Origin: a virus
Lineage: Duplodnaviria; Caudoviricetes
Strand: one strand, 5' to 3'
Virus record (IMG/VR): IMGVR_UViG_3300033067_000444
Location: 1 to 53,835 of that record
Length of the DNA stretch: 53,835 nucleotides
Shown piece by piece: positions 8,880-19,337 of the stretch. The translations under genes were made by a program, and so were the position numbers. Positions within the stretch are counted from its first letter, which is position 1. Each line of letters starts with the position of its first letter. Under the pieces are notes generated by a model. The model did not search any database. It was not told the origin of the DNA and saw only the letters and a list, made by a program, of their open reading frames with translations.

Positions 8880-11545
8880 TGCTTCTCTATCGTGATGACT
8901 GCTGCCATCACCGTACAAGGCATCGGCGCATCAGCGCGCAACACTAACCTTGTGTCGTTGCTGAAAGTGCCGTTGAAAGGCAATGGGTCGTTGTCGAAAC
9001 TATCCCACAGAGTACCGTCTGCAACTTCTGCCTCCGCCTCTATCGGCGGTAGGTTGTCTAGGTGATCCACGTCCGTGCCGTAGGTGAGACTCCCGTGGTC
9101 GGTATCCTTGAGTATTAACCCGGCTTTGAGTACCCGTGTTCGTTTCGATAGTGCCGCCTGCCCTGCTGTCAACAGTCCCAGTTTGCTGCTGATGAATCTG
9201 CCGTAGTAATGTAGCCCAACGATGCAATACGTTACTTCTTCGGTCAGTACGATGCGCCCCCCTGTTACCCCGTAGGTTCCAAGATTCTTGCCATTCCCCC
9301 ATACGGTAACTTCCTTACGCTCTAGGTGTTCTAACCCTGTTACTGTAATCGAGGATGCTTGCGTTACCTCTACGAAGGCATCTGCCATCTTGTTGATGGT
9401 TCCGCCGACCGTCTCGCTGGTCAACGCCCATTTCTCTAGGTAACGCACCACTGAACCGTTAACTACTCGCGATACCACGTAGTAGACAGCATCTTCTGTC
9501 GCACCAGGCAATACCGCCACGTCTTCAATTAGCCCTGTTGTTTCTACCGTGATGAAGCAATTAACCTGTTCTATTTTATCGAATATCAACATCACTACCG
9601 TGCCGTCACAACGGAGTAGGTGTATACGCATATCCGGTCGGCGCTGTACTGCTACTCTCTTGATGTTCGGTAAGCATAATTCGGGCGTGAGAAGTGACAA
9701 TTCGGTAATCTCTGCTGCATCATCCGCAGAAGTCAAACTCATGATCCTTGCGCCTGTACGATCCACGAAGATGGCGGTATCGTCCGCTCTCACCACTTCT
9801 ACGCTGGCACTGCCGTAGGTTCCCTCCTGCCTGATGTTGAAATTCGTGGGGGTAAGTGGTTCACCGAGAGTGCTTGACCTGCAAGAGTGTTCCGCGCCTT
9901 CACCTCCTGCGATCAATTGGCGTAAGGGACACAACCATTGAATTATGTCTACTGCGCCTATACCCATACTCCGGCTTATCGGCCCTGCATCGCCCACATA
10001 TTCAGGATCAAAATTGTAATAGTCATCAACTACACTGGCCCATACTTTGTCTTTGCCTGCCCACCATAGTCTACCTTGGAAGAACGCCACAGAGGTGGGA
10101 TACCCGCGCAAGCCAGACCACGCCCCTTCTGCCCAATCTTCCGTAGGGTCGAGACTTCCTAGTGTCTGAACAACCCTTGCGGTCACGACTGTCGGGCTTG
10201 TGTACCCGGTGATCTGTACCACTCCACTCTTCGATCCGTACTTCGTGCGTATCGAACACACGGCTGTACCTGTACCACCAGCTTCCTTACGAAAACGGTA
10301 GTATATGACTGCGTTATCTATGGCGTCATTCTGGTCTGTCAACGCGATGTTAGCTGCATACGTACCTAGTGTCGTCCATCTACCTGGTTCGGTGAGTGAT
10401 TTTTCTAGGAGAACGTTACCACTCCATGTGCCCGTGATTGTGAGGTCAGCATTGCGTACTGCGCCTACTCCACTGATTCTTATTGGTTCGGTGGCGGCAT
10501 CTGTAACACCCAACGATCTTGTAACGAGTTGACCGGAGGAATCCAGTTTCCACATGGCACCTACGTGCTCGGCCTTGAAAATCCCCTGCGAGGCTGTAAG
10601 TGTTATCGAATCGCCTGTTATCCCGCTAGGTGTTATCGTTATCGGTGTCGTGTTCGCTGCGAGGAAAGGCCCTCCCGACGTTTCATAGTTGACCACTGAC
10701 CAGCTTCTGGTGCCTCGCCGTTCTATCTTTACGGGTATGTACGTCCGCCCTAGTGTCAAGAAGATAGTGTCCCCTGATTGCGCGTACCTCACGTCGTCGA
10801 GTGTCTCTTCAAGCAGCAATTCTGCCGGAATGGATACTACCCCCGGAACAACAGTTGTAAGGCATGAACCAACCAGTGCCGTGACTTCCTTGTAATTGTA
10901 GAAGGTTATGTACACCGTTGTTATTGAGGCCCCAGGCGTAAATGATAGATAGTGCCTACCGGCTTCAAGTTGTGTGTCCGTTATTAGGTCGTCGTTCGTC
11001 GATGTCGTACCCACCCGCAGGCCGACCATGCCTTGCGTTACGTGTATCTCTAGTCCGTGCTCTATGCCTCTGTCGGCCAACGCGACACTCATCGACGACG
11101 ATCTTACTGCCCGGTGGGTATTGGTTCCGGTAAGGCTCATGTACCCGCCGGTGAGCCATGCGGAAGATGCTAGTCCCTGGTCACCGTTTGTCCACCCGGT
11201 TAGGTCGGTAGAAAAACTCCCGTTTGTTACTGTCGTTGCAACTGTCGGGCGTGATATAAGGGCATCATCCACCCATATCCGCATCTCTCGGTCGGTTACC
11301 TCTAAGAGTGCGGTGTCGCCATTGTTGAACACGAAGGGGATCAATTTTATCGCGTCTGCGACTTGTGCCACACTGCCCAGGTACTCCATACCCGGACGTA
11401 ACGACATCGGCCCCATCGTGCGGGGGATCATATTCATCTGCTCTTCAGCGGACATGCCAACACGTTTTACGTCCGCACGGGCATTTGCCAGAGGGCTGAT
11501 TACCCCTCTATTGAACGCCAGTGTGTAGTCTTCGCTAACTGCCAT
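8876..11545 (-). CDS. Tail tubular protein B / nozzle
   Basis: ~890 aa; FNRGVISP...N..P...G...RPG N-terminus, YAQSGD, GYP.SVAFFQGRL motifs; probable start ATG 11545. Confidence 0.85.
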   Translation of the reverse strand: MAVSEDYTLAFNRGVISPLANARADVKRVGMSAEEQMNMIPRTMGPMSLRPGMEYLGSVAQVADAIKLIPFVFNNGDTALLEVTDREMRIWVDDALISRPTVATTVTNGSFSTDLTGWTNGDQGLASSAWLTGGYMSLTGTNTHRAVRSSSMSVALADRGIEHGLEIHVTQGMVGLRVGTTSTNDDLITDTQLEAGRHYLSFTPGASITTVYITFYNYKEVTALVGSCLTTVVPGVVSIPAELLLEETLDDVRYAQSGDTIFLTLGRTYIPVKIERRGTRSWSVVNYETSGGPFLAANTTPITITPSGITGDSITLTASQGIFKAEHVGAMWKLDSSGQLVTRSLGVTDAATEPIRISGVGAVRNADLTITGTWSGNVLLEKSLTEPGRWTTLGTYAANIALTDQNDAIDNAVIYYRFRKEAGGTGTAVCSIRTKYGSKSGVVQITGYTSPTVVTARVVQTLGSLDPTEDWAEGAWSGLRGYPTSVAFFQGRLWWAGKDKVWASVVDDYYNFDPEYVGDAGPISRSMGIGAVDIIQWLCPLRQLIAGGEGAEHSCRSSTLGEPLTPTNFNIRQEGTYGSASVEVVRADDTAIFVDRTGARIMSLTSADDAAEITELSLLTPELCLPNIKRVAVQRRPDMRIHLLRCDGTVVMLIFDKIEQVNCFITVETTGLIEDVAVLPGATEDAVYYVVSRVVNGSVVRYLEKWALTSETVGGTINKMADAFVEVTQASSITVTGLEHLERKEVTVWGNGKNLGTYGVTGGRIVLTEEVTYCIVGLHYYGRFISSKLGLLTAGQAALSKRTRVLKAGLILKDTDHGSLTYGTDVDHLDNLPPIEAEAEVADGTLWDSFDNDPLPFNGTFSNDTRLVLRADAPMPCTVMAAVITIEKQ

Positions 11546-12182
11546 ACAGACTGCTCCTGCTGTTCCTTCCACTGTTGTTACGGCTTCTTGACGAAACCCA
11601 GTTACCTTGTTGTATAAATTGGATCGGTCCCGCTACCGCATCCTTCGCGAGTGCGTTGCGTTTTGCTTCCACGATACCGACATTACCCGGTGCGGTTATC
11701 ACCTCGTTCTTACGCTCAGGAGCTAGGCGTGGTACGGCTAGCGTGGCAAGGTACAAGGCAACATATAGGACAAAAGTCTCTGGCCAGAGGGACACGTCCA
11801 TACCGTAGTTCTCATCGTTCGACACGTAACGCAAGTAGATCGTATCCAGATCACAGTACCAGAACAGCCCCCGTTCGTGCACCTGGATTATAGGCATCTT
11901 GAAGAACTCGTCAGAACATAACGCATTCATCCGCACGTAGTCTGTGGGTTTGTCGAAAGCGTTGGCTAGACCCGTGGCAGGAACCTCGGTCAACGACGGG
12001 GTAAGAACCGCTTCGCGCTCTGCGAATTTCCAGTGCCCTTGCTCTAAGCAAAATTTGGACGCATGATCCCAAAACCCATTTATAGTTCTTGCCGGTTCTG
12101 TCGCATCAGTCGTCGCTGACAGGCTACGTTCACCGATGAAACCTAAAGCGAGATTGTAGATCCCTACCTGTGTCGTAGACAT
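11535..12182 (-). CDS. Tail tubular protein A / adaptor
   Basis: I.NLAL..IG, HWKFA and P.DY motifs; synteny upstream of tubular B. Confidence 0.8.
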   Translation of the reverse strand: MSTTQVGIYNLALGFIGERSLSATTDATEPARTINGFWDHASKFCLEQGHWKFAEREAVLTPSLTEVPATGLANAFDKPTDYVRMNALCSDEFFKMPIIQVHERGLFWYCDLDTIYLRYVSNDENYGMDVSLWPETFVLYVALYLATLAVPRLAPERKNEVITAPGNVGIVEAKRNALAKDAVAGPIQFIQQGNWVSSRSRNNSGRNSRSSLYGS

Positions 12183-12185
12183 GTA

Positions 12186-12641
12186 TTACTCCGTGAGTAA
12201 GCCTAGTTCTTTCTGTTCGATCCAGTCTTCCGCGTCCTTCTTAGAAGGGAAGCCGTCTTTGATTATCTCGTTGCTTGCAACAACGGTTACCGTGTGCTTG
12301 GCTTTTTCTCCTCGCCATACTACCTTGTAGGTTTCTGACTCTTTGGTAGGCGCTGTCTTCGTCGGGTCAAGGTTCAAGTCATGGTAGGTTAACAGTACAA
12401 TTCTGACCAGTGGGACTAATCCGCTTTTGTCTAAACTGGCAACATACACTTGCGCGAAATACGCACCGTCTTTAGGTCGTACCTCTATCCGTGTGCCTTG
12501 TACTAGCCTCCTGCTGATGTTTACCCAGTATTCCGGTTTTAATACTTCTTCTATCGCAGTGCCTGGTTCGGGCAGAATGTTGAACACGGGCCAATCATAT
12601 TCAGCCAACTTGAAAGAGTTTTCGGTCAATGCTTGTGTCAT
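12186..12641 (-). CDS. Hypothetical virion-module protein
   Basis: 151-aa ORF tiled within the structural operon. Confidence 0.6.
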   Translation of the reverse strand: MTQALTENSFKLAEYDWPVFNILPEPGTAIEEVLKPEYWVNISRRLVQGTRIEVRPKDGAYFAQVYVASLDKSGLVPLVRIVLLTYHDLNLDPTKTAPTKESETYKVVWRGEKAKHTVTVVASNEIIKDGFPSKKDAEDWIEQKELGLLTE

Positions 12642-12660
12642 TTCGGTAGATCCTTAGAGT

Positions 12661-12695
12661 GATAAAGGGGTGAGTTGTACGCTCGCCCCTTTATC
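12661..12695 (-). terminator. Hairpin, probable terminator after the capsid/decoration genes
   Basis: GATAAAGGGGTGAG-loop-CTCGCCCCTTTATC inverted repeat in intergenic space; weak U-tract. Confidence 0.55.
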
Positions 12696-12721
12696 TTACA
12701 TCATTATGCCGATGGGATCAA

Positions 12722-13018
12722 TTAGTCTGCGTTAGCCTTTTCACATATCGCAGTACCGTCGGACAGATCCACTGCACCGGGGTATGTGGAACTCACCGTG
12801 ATTACTCGGTGCATAGTCAGGTCACCGTCGGCCTGACTGTCCTGGTGCCAAACAAAGTCACCGACTCGTAGCCCTTTACTCCCACCGTCGGTAATGAACC
12901 CCGAGGTATTGGCCGCTGCTAGCGCGTCAGCCGACGTGTGATACCACAAGCGTGGGCCTGCTCCACCTATGGAAGCGTTTGTCATACAGACAAGCAAATC
13001 AGTTGTTGCGTAAGCCAT
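12722..13018 (-). CDS. Capsid decoration/cement-like protein
   Basis: 98 aa directly after the major capsid gene; G(L/M)RVGD motif common in small beta-rich decoration proteins. Confidence 0.6.
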   Translation of the reverse strand: MAYATTDLLVCMTNASIGGAGPRLWYHTSADALAAANTSGFITDGGSKGLRVGDFVWHQDSQADGDLTMHRVITVSSTYPGAVDLSDGTAICEKANAD

Positions 13019-13073
13019 GTTATTCTCCTAAAGATTTTTCAAGAAATCCCCTACACTGTAAGGGATTGTTCGA

Positions 13074-13916
13074 TTATGCCTGTGCAGCGAATGCGGAACC
13101 GTCGTGGTTAATCACAACAACACCCGAGTTCTGCATCAGTTTCGCGCCCATGTAAGCGGTACACAAAGCGAACGAGTAATCATGTTCTTCGTTGCGATCC
13201 ACTGTGTTTTTAATGCCTGCTGTGTCCATCGCGTGACCGATAGCCGACTTATGGAAGAGGTAGCATTTCTCAGCGTTGGTGCCTTTACCTGTCAGGTTAG
13301 GGTGAACGATGAAATTCACGCCTGCCCACTTGAACGCCTCGTACTCGTCGTCACTTCCTTCCGCGAACGGTTTGTTGTTCACGTAATCGACATTGGTGAA
13401 TTCCTTAGTCTTCATCAAGTAGGCATGAAATGCCGGTGTAATGAAGGAGAACAGATTACCTGTAGGTACTGCATTGTTACCAAGGATTGTCTTAGCCCAT
13501 ATCACCAGATCCAGGCTACCTTGCTGCGCGGCCCCTGTGGTTTGTGTTGCGTTAGCTAATTCGGCCAAGATGTCGGTATCGACCTTGCGATTGATAACAG
13601 CCATTGTTGACTGTTGCATGATCTGGCGTTGATCCCCTTGGGACGCGAAGATATTGAAACCGGTTTTTATAACCTTGTCATGCCATTCGACCAGGGTTGC
13701 GGTAACTTGAGTAAGGTCGTCTGCACGTCCTGGAATGAGACCGTTCAGTCCACGGGTTACTGCTGTTGCTCCGCCTGATCCTGCTACCAGGAACGTGGCT
13801 TGATTACCTTTGATTTGTGCGGTCGTCGTTACGGCTTGACGTGTTAGGGATTGCCGTTGTTCAAAACTGGCGATAAATTCTTGTTGATACTGTACCTGAA
13901 AGGCTGATTCGGCCAT
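13074..13916 (-). CDS. Major capsid protein
   Basis: 280 aa; QY..EF...FEQ..S.L N-terminus, AVINRKVD..I and C-terminal GAKL....GVV pattern; strong SD (AGGAG); follows the scaffold gene. Confidence 0.88.
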   Translation of the reverse strand: MAESAFQVQYQQEFIASFEQRQSLTRQAVTTTAQIKGNQATFLVAGSGGATAVTRGLNGLIPGRADDLTQVTATLVEWHDKVIKTGFNIFASQGDQRQIMQQSTMAVINRKVDTDILAELANATQTTGAAQQGSLDLVIWAKTILGNNAVPTGNLFSFITPAFHAYLMKTKEFTNVDYVNNKPFAEGSDDEYEAFKWAGVNFIVHPNLTGKGTNAEKCYLFHKSAIGHAMDTAGIKNTVDRNEEHDYSFALCTAYMGAKLMQNSGVVVINHDGSAFAAQA

Positions 13917-14049
13917 GATCGGCTCCTATTAATCGTTGTAAGAAAATATACAAGTATCAAGAGGTAGCTATCGTCTGGCTTCACAGGATTGCCCGATACA
14001 TTGGGGGCTGGATGCGTTGACTCTAGGGTCTTTTTAACTTTAAGTTTTG

Positions 14050-14078
14050 CTTATAAACTAAAAGTTAGAAAGTGTCAA
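14050..14078 (-). promoter_or_regulatory. Sigma70-like promoter upstream of the major capsid gene
   Basis: TTGACA-17 nt-TATAAG on the minus strand. Confidence 0.55.
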
Positions 14079-14090
14079 GCGTTTTTGTTA

Positions 14091-15056
14091 CTATTTTCCT
14101 CTGCGTGTCATCAAATCGCGTTTGGCGACAAGCTGACGGTATTCTTCTTGCAGCCCTGCGGCACTCGAACCTTTCCAGTAGTCAGACTTTTGGTCTCCCA
14201 TCATCTTCTCAAGAGTTGTTAAACGTCCTTGGATGCTCGTCACTGTGTTGTCCGTATTGCCTGGGGTCAGGGTCGCAGTTGGATTTAACTCTCGTGCTAC
14301 CGATGCGAGCCACTTCAAGGTAGGTGCATGGTTGCCGAGTAGTGTGCCATCCGCCAACCTCGCATTTTCGATAAGATCCTTGACCCCTTCTGGTGCCTGT
14401 TCGAGCATGTTGTTGATGAGGTTCTTATTGAGTTTCGCTTCGCTGCCCCATCCTGTCTCGGGGGAAAGAAGTTCTGCGGAGGTGGCTTCTCTCGCTGCCT
14501 CGTCTGCTGCTTCCTGCTCCTCGATCATGGCATTCTGTAGTTCCAGTTGTTTCGCTATGATTGCATTGGCTGCTGCGGGGGGTATGTTGTGTTCGTGTGC
14601 CACTTCGAGAAAGGCATCTACCAGCGGCTTGTCAACCTCACCCACTATCACCCCATCAGGCAGGTTGATTTCGTATCCGTCTGCCTTTTCTGGTATACCG
14701 TAAGCTTCACGGTACGCCTTGATTTCTTCCGGTGTTGAATCTTTCGTGATAGGCGTTACGGCTTTCTTAGCGCGTAATTGTTTCTGCGCTTCGACTCCGC
14801 CCTTTAATGCTTCTTCGAGCGTACCATAACGAGAAAGCATGTTCTCAATCGCTGTATCGCCATTAGCAATCTGCCTACGAACCGCTGCCCAGTCGGTTGT
14901 TTTAGGAGGAGTATTGTCGTCTGCCGGTGGTGTTCCGCCATCTGATGGGGGAGTATTGTCGTCTGCCGGTGGTGTTCCGCCATCTGATGGGGGAGTATTG
15001 TCGCCTGCCGGTGGTGTTCCGCCTTCCGGCGTTTCAGTTCCCAGTGCTGTAGCCAT
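14091..15056 (-). CDS. Capsid scaffolding/assembly protein
   Basis: Pro/Gly-rich N-terminus, G.PE..DGY motif, acidic coiled coil, WG..A motif; between portal and capsid genes. Confidence 0.8.
   Translation of the reverse strand: MATALGTETPEGGTPPAGDNTPPSDGGTPPADDNTPPSDGGTPPADDNTPPKTTDWAAVRRQIANGDTAIENMLSRYGTLEEALKGGVEAQKQLRAKKAVTPITKDSTPEEIKAYREAYGIPEKADGYEINLPDGVIVGEVDKPLVDAFLEVAHEHNIPPAAANAIIAKQLELQNAMIEEQEAADEAAREATSAELLSPETGWGSEAKLNKNLINNMLEQAPEGVKDLIENARLADGTLLGNHAPTLKWLASVARELNPTATLTPGNTDNTVTSIQGRLTTLEKMMGDQKSDYWKGSSAAGLQEEYRQLVAKRDLMTRRGK
14908..15023. repeat. 42-bp tandem repeat (~2.8 copies) encoding GGTPPADDNTPPSD
   Basis: GGAGTATTGTCG(T/C)CTGCCGGTGGTGTTCCGCC recurs at 14908, 14950 and 14992. 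Confidence 0.95.
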
Positions 15057-15060
15057 GTTA

Positions 15061-15318
15061 TTATCCTTCGGTTATTAAAACGTCAACAATTGCATTGAAC
15101 AATCTATCCTTGCGGTTCTGTGTCATCGCGTCATAGACTTCGGTGCGCCCGTCAAATTGGTTCGCGGCTCGGTCTTTTACGCCCTGCACATACCCGGCTT
15201 TATTCGCCGCCATAGCGTCACACCAGGCAGGCAGAGAATAGTTTAGTTTCTCTCGTTGGTAAGCCCGTTCTGCTTCGTAGGCTACTCGTGCTATCGTCTC
15301 GATGTCTGCTTCGTTCAA
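15061..15318 (-). CDS. Hypothetical protein resembling phage RyR-domain proteins
   Basis: IARVAYEAERAY...PAW..A...GV and KDRLF.AIV patterns. Confidence 0.5.
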   Translation of the reverse strand: MNEADIETIARVAYEAERAYQREKLNYSLPAWCDAMAANKAGYVQGVKDRAANQFDGRTEVYDAMTQNRKDRLFNAIVDVLITEG

Positions 15319-15575
15319 CGGAATGCTCCTTTATTTAGGGTGGTTAACTTGTAAACCTGCATGCCAACGTACCGCCTTCCACTCGCAAAGGCGTGATCCC
15401 TTCCGTCTGTGCGGTATTCAAGATCATGCATATTCGCAGCTTTGTACATGATCCAATCCATAGCACGCTTCTGTTGTTCCGGGGTTGCTGTCCCTTCGTG
15501 ACATGCCTGTATCGCTGCGATATCGGCCACGTCATACGTGGCCGGTAGGTAAGGTACTGGTGGTTCTTTAGCCAT
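15315..15575 (-). CDS. Bbp19-like small protein
   Basis: AF..GRR.VG motif; conserved position after the portal. Confidence 0.65.
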   Translation of the reverse strand: MAKEPPVPYLPATYDVADIAAIQACHEGTATPEQQKRAMDWIMYKAANMHDLEYRTDGRDHAFASGRRYVGMQVYKLTTLNKGAFR

Positions 15576-15576
15576 T

Positions 15577-17229
15577 TTACATCGCTTGTCCTGTGTTGGC
15601 TGTTCCCGATGGTGAAGGTGTTATGCCAATCGTCTTGGCTACATTCGCCCCCGTCTGCATCTGTTCAAGTACCTGTTGGATTTGTGCCTGTTCTGCCTGG
15701 GCTTTCACTATGTCTTCTACTTCGCCTTCCGTTCTGAGCCAAGCACTCGGTACGCCAGTACTCTGTAGCGCATCGCGTGCGCCTTTGCGTGCATCCATGA
15801 TGTGTATTACGCTCGGATCCACTGCCGCTGCGTTCGCTATCAACGATGTCGCTTCCAGGTACTTCTGTGCTTTTACCATTTCGATAGCATCATGTAGTGG
15901 AGATTCAAAGTTGAATTCTATACGCTGCCCCTGTAACCCTTCCGGTATTTCTTCTACCCTGCCGAATACCCCGTAGTCAAGTAAAATGTCGAACGTTGCT
16001 TCACAAAGGGGAGCATTGTACTCTGTTTCCATTGGCTCGAACAGTGGCAATGCTTGTCGTATATACTCTTGTACTCGCTGCCCTACTTCGTAAGCTGTCA
16101 TCTGCCCATCTTGTACGGGGGGCAAGTTCAGTTTGTTAAGGTAAAAGGCTTCATGCAGTTGTTCTGTAATATCCCGCGACATGTCGATACCAAGGGGGAT
16201 ACCTCTACTATCCGTTGTGAGTGGCCTCAGTACTTCGCCGAGTCTGGAGTCATACTCCATATCGACCCAAGTGATACCCGCTGCCATTACGTTTATATCT
16301 GAGCGTAGCGCCCCTTGAACTCCAAGCATAGGAGGTGTTACTGCCTTCTCCCCGGCTTCGAGTAGAGTTATGGTCATTTCCTGTAATGTTCGTGCGTCCG
16401 CCATCGCAACCACAACCGCTGGTGAGTACGCATACTGCGAACCGGATACCGTTGACCAACGGGGAATTGTGTATTCGTTGCGTTTCATGTTAACGACTTC
16501 AAGTATGTGATCATGTTTTGCGTCAACATGTAGCGACCAGTACGGGAGCTTTCTGCCTTTCTGCGCTTCGATGGGTTCGAACATGTCGAGCGGCAAGACT
16601 ACGTGCCATATTTCACACACTGCATAAGGGTCTTTCTTCGCGATTGTTCTCGTCTCAGCGTGTACTGTGTTCGGGAACATTCTTACCATATCAATGGCCG
16701 GTAGACTCCACTTGCGGTATACGCAGTCTATGTTTCCGCTTGAGTCTTCTGTCCAGGCTACGTCTCGTAGGTGCCAGCATCGGTACAATAAATTGTTGCC
16801 GTCGCGGTTAACGGTTGTCTGGATAACACACTGCCCGAAGGTTGCGAAGTCATTATCCCCTTCCTTCGTCGCCCGTGCGAAACCCGTACCTTTGTGGTAC
16901 ATGGCTCTGCGCTGCCTGTCTTCTGCCATCTCTAACCAGGTACGTCCTTCCGTGTCTACCTCATCCCAAGGATTCACCCGTGTGTGCATCCATTGTTTAT
17001 TGGTGGGGCGTAACATACCACCTATCGCGTTTGCCAAATCACGGCGCACCAGGACGGGCTTACCTGTCGCGAGACCTTTCGCTAGTTCGCTACCAACAGA
17101 TCGGGTCGTGATGAAATCCGCGCGTTCGGGGTAGAAGTTCTCTGCGACATCCTGCCACAGACTGAGCAACGACATGCGCGACTCGAACAGTTTGCTGCCT
17201 TTCTTAACTAATTCAGTTATGTCTGTCAT
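15577..17229 (-). CDS. Portal (head-tail connector) protein
   Basis: 550 aa; RW....G..Y..SP, MTA.EV..R..E and F.SPL motifs of T7/Bbp21-like portals. Confidence 0.92.
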   Translation of the reverse strand: MTDITELVKKGSKLFESRMSLLSLWQDVAENFYPERADFITTRSVGSELAKGLATGKPVLVRRDLANAIGGMLRPTNKQWMHTRVNPWDEVDTEGRTWLEMAEDRQRRAMYHKGTGFARATKEGDNDFATFGQCVIQTTVNRDGNNLLYRCWHLRDVAWTEDSSGNIDCVYRKWSLPAIDMVRMFPNTVHAETRTIAKKDPYAVCEIWHVVLPLDMFEPIEAQKGRKLPYWSLHVDAKHDHILEVVNMKRNEYTIPRWSTVSGSQYAYSPAVVVAMADARTLQEMTITLLEAGEKAVTPPMLGVQGALRSDINVMAAGITWVDMEYDSRLGEVLRPLTTDSRGIPLGIDMSRDITEQLHEAFYLNKLNLPPVQDGQMTAYEVGQRVQEYIRQALPLFEPMETEYNAPLCEATFDILLDYGVFGRVEEIPEGLQGQRIEFNFESPLHDAIEMVKAQKYLEATSLIANAAAVDPSVIHIMDARKGARDALQSTGVPSAWLRTEGEVEDIVKAQAEQAQIQQVLEQMQTGANVAKTIGITPSPSGTANTGQAM

Positions 17230-17244
17230 GTCGTCTCCGTATTA

Positions 17245-17469
17245 CTACAGCCCGCCGCCTAGTCTGTCCGAACTTCTGTCTGTCAGCACTGTAGAAGCCC
17301 GTCCTCTCGCTGCCGCCCTCTTCTTGAGTGCCATCTTCGAGGCATTCGCTAACGCTTCATCGTCCACCATCGTGGGTGGTTTCTCCACTACGGGTACAGG
17401 CGGGGGCGGTGCGGCTTCAACCGGTTTCTTCTTCTTGCCTATGCCTAAGATTTTGAGTACCTTACCCAT
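17245..17469 (-). CDS. Small virion assembly protein
   Basis: Pro-rich, ending in GR.STVLT, typical of the gene between terL and portal; SD AAGGAG before ATG 17469. Confidence 0.65.
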   Translation of the reverse strand: MGKVLKILGIGKKKKPVEAAPPPPVPVVEKPPTMVDDEALANASKMALKKRAAARGRASTVLTDRSSDRLGGGL

Positions 17470-17479
17470 ATCGTTCTCC

Positions 17480-19042
17480 TTAATGTGCGTATCGTTTACC
17501 ACGTTGTATCACAGGATTACCCCGTTGTCTATCCCATCCGCCCATAATGTTCGCTTGTTTGATCCCTTTGTAGTACGCCATGATAACTGCGTCCCCTTCA
17601 TCCGTGGATCTTCCTAGTCTACCGCAAACTTCTTCCTTACTCTCAGCAATCAATACCGCCCCGTCGCCGTGTCCTTTTACCTTGTATTTCGGTGCTGATA
17701 AGTCCGCTTTGAGGGTGACACTCGGAGGCAAAGCAACTGGTGACCCTCCGGGTTGTGAGGGATCGAGTGCTTCGCGAAACTTCCACAGGGCTTCGGTTCG
17801 TATGTTACTGAATCCGAATCGGTTTTCACGGGATCTAGCTCGTGTGGCCTTGACTCCCATATACCCCGCACATGTTATCTGGTTAGCTGCTAGTTGTGCG
17901 TAGCAGTCAGCGCCCCATCCGCCACCCACGTCAACAATCACCATCGCGTCATCACGTCGCATCGCTACGACTCTACCCGCTGCCTTCTTCGGATCGTCTA
18001 CTTCATTGCCTTTTATCTTCAGCAATGGCGCGAACCAGTGATCGTGCCTGCACGCTACGACAAAGTTATCCTTGGCAATCGCCACGTCAACCCCGATAGC
18101 GCACATAGGTATCCCGACAGGGGGTTGTGGTTTCCATCGTTGTTGCGCCTCGACAATCCACTCCGTAGGGATTATCTGGTAGGGATCATCCTGTAGTGTC
18201 GTGCCGAAGTTACCATCTCGGTACGCAGCACGTAATTCTGCGGGAAGTGCGTCGAGTGAAGCCCGGTAATTCGTGTCGCGTAAATCGGGATTGTCGTTTA
18301 ATTCTGCGGATATAAATGTGCGGGAGCGTGCCAGTACGGGCTTTCCGCCGAGGTTATGTGGTCCTCGCCCATCAACTTCCACCTCTTCACCGTCTGGTCC
18401 TGTCGTGTACCAACGCAATTCTCCAGGTTGTGCAGGGTTCGGGTGTTGTGGGTCAAGCCATGCCGCCCATCTTCTAAGTACCCACAAACCCTCAGGTCTT
18501 GTCGGTGGGTTACCCGCCGCGATTACCCGGCATCGTTGCCCGGGAATGACAGATCGGTTCCACCCGATAATGAATTCATATTGTGTTTGCGTAAAATCGG
18601 ATACTTCATCGAAGCCGTAGAAGTCTCTCGCATGTCCTTTATATCCTTGCTTGTCTTCCTCAGTCTGGCACCCACCAAAAACGATTGTCTTACCGACTTT
18701 GGGAAGTCGCCATATTCCTAGTTGTCCGTTAAGACCTGTTCTGTGCCCGAAGATGTCCGCAGCGCGATCTATCAACCCACTCACTTCCTTGTTCAGTCTA
18801 CGCAACAACAGCGAACTCTGGTGGTTGTTTTTAGCCACACCAATAAGCAGGTCACTTTTTCCACCACCTGCTTGTCCGCCGTAGAACAGTTCATCGGCTT
18901 CGCAATAATACGCTTCGGTCTGTGGACCAGGATTAGGCACCCAATCCAGATAGGCTAACTCAGGCAATGCGAGACCTTCTATCTCTGCCTGAGTCTCAGG
19001 GTCGGACTCCGCAAGTAGCGCGGTTAGTTCCGCCAGATCCAT
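17480..19042 (-). CDS. terL: Terminase large subunit
   Basis: Walker A GGQAGGGKS, Walker B YGFDE, motif III AGNP, nuclease IGVDVA and D..DA. Confidence 0.93.
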   Translation of the reverse strand: MDLAELTALLAESDPETQAEIEGLALPELAYLDWVPNPGPQTEAYYCEADELFYGGQAGGGKSDLLIGVAKNNHQSSLLLRRLNKEVSGLIDRAADIFGHRTGLNGQLGIWRLPKVGKTIVFGGCQTEEDKQGYKGHARDFYGFDEVSDFTQTQYEFIIGWNRSVIPGQRCRVIAAGNPPTRPEGLWVLRRWAAWLDPQHPNPAQPGELRWYTTGPDGEEVEVDGRGPHNLGGKPVLARSRTFISAELNDNPDLRDTNYRASLDALPAELRAAYRDGNFGTTLQDDPYQIIPTEWIVEAQQRWKPQPPVGIPMCAIGVDVAIAKDNFVVACRHDHWFAPLLKIKGNEVDDPKKAAGRVVAMRRDDAMVIVDVGGGWGADCYAQLAANQITCAGYMGVKATRARSRENRFGFSNIRTEALWKFREALDPSQPGGSPVALPPSVTLKADLSAPKYKVKGHGDGAVLIAESKEEVCGRLGRSTDEGDAVIMAYYKGIKQANIMGGWDRQRGNPVIQRGKRYAH

Positions 19043-19043
19043 T

Positions 19044-19337
19044 TTAGGTAAATGAGTATGTCAGTGATGCTCTATCGTCTGCTACATTGTCGTACGCGGT
19101 GTCGCCGTCTGCGTACTTAGTATACCCTGTCGCGTACTCGTAGCTCGAACAACGCCATCCTGCTGCGGATGTGGCTGTCCCGACTGGTGCCTCGCAGAAA
19201 TACGAATGTGTGTCGCTTGATTGGGTATCGTCAATATACTGGAACGGTGCTTCCTGTGTGTATGCGTCGGGCAGGTCAGTTAAGTCCGTACCTGCTACCG
19301 CCGATTTTCCTACGGGTACTCTAGCCATTGAATTCAC
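19044..19337 (-). CDS. Hypothetical protein (possibly virion-associated)
   Basis: EA..GTATSAA.W....A.GD..YDN..DDRASLTY pattern seen in small phage structural proteins; start may be ATG 19328. Confidence 0.55.
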   Translation of the reverse strand: MNSMARVPVGKSAVAGTDLTDLPDAYTQEAPFQYIDDTQSSDTHSYFCEAPVGTATSAAGWRCSSYEYATGYTKYADGDTAYDNVADDRASLTYSFT

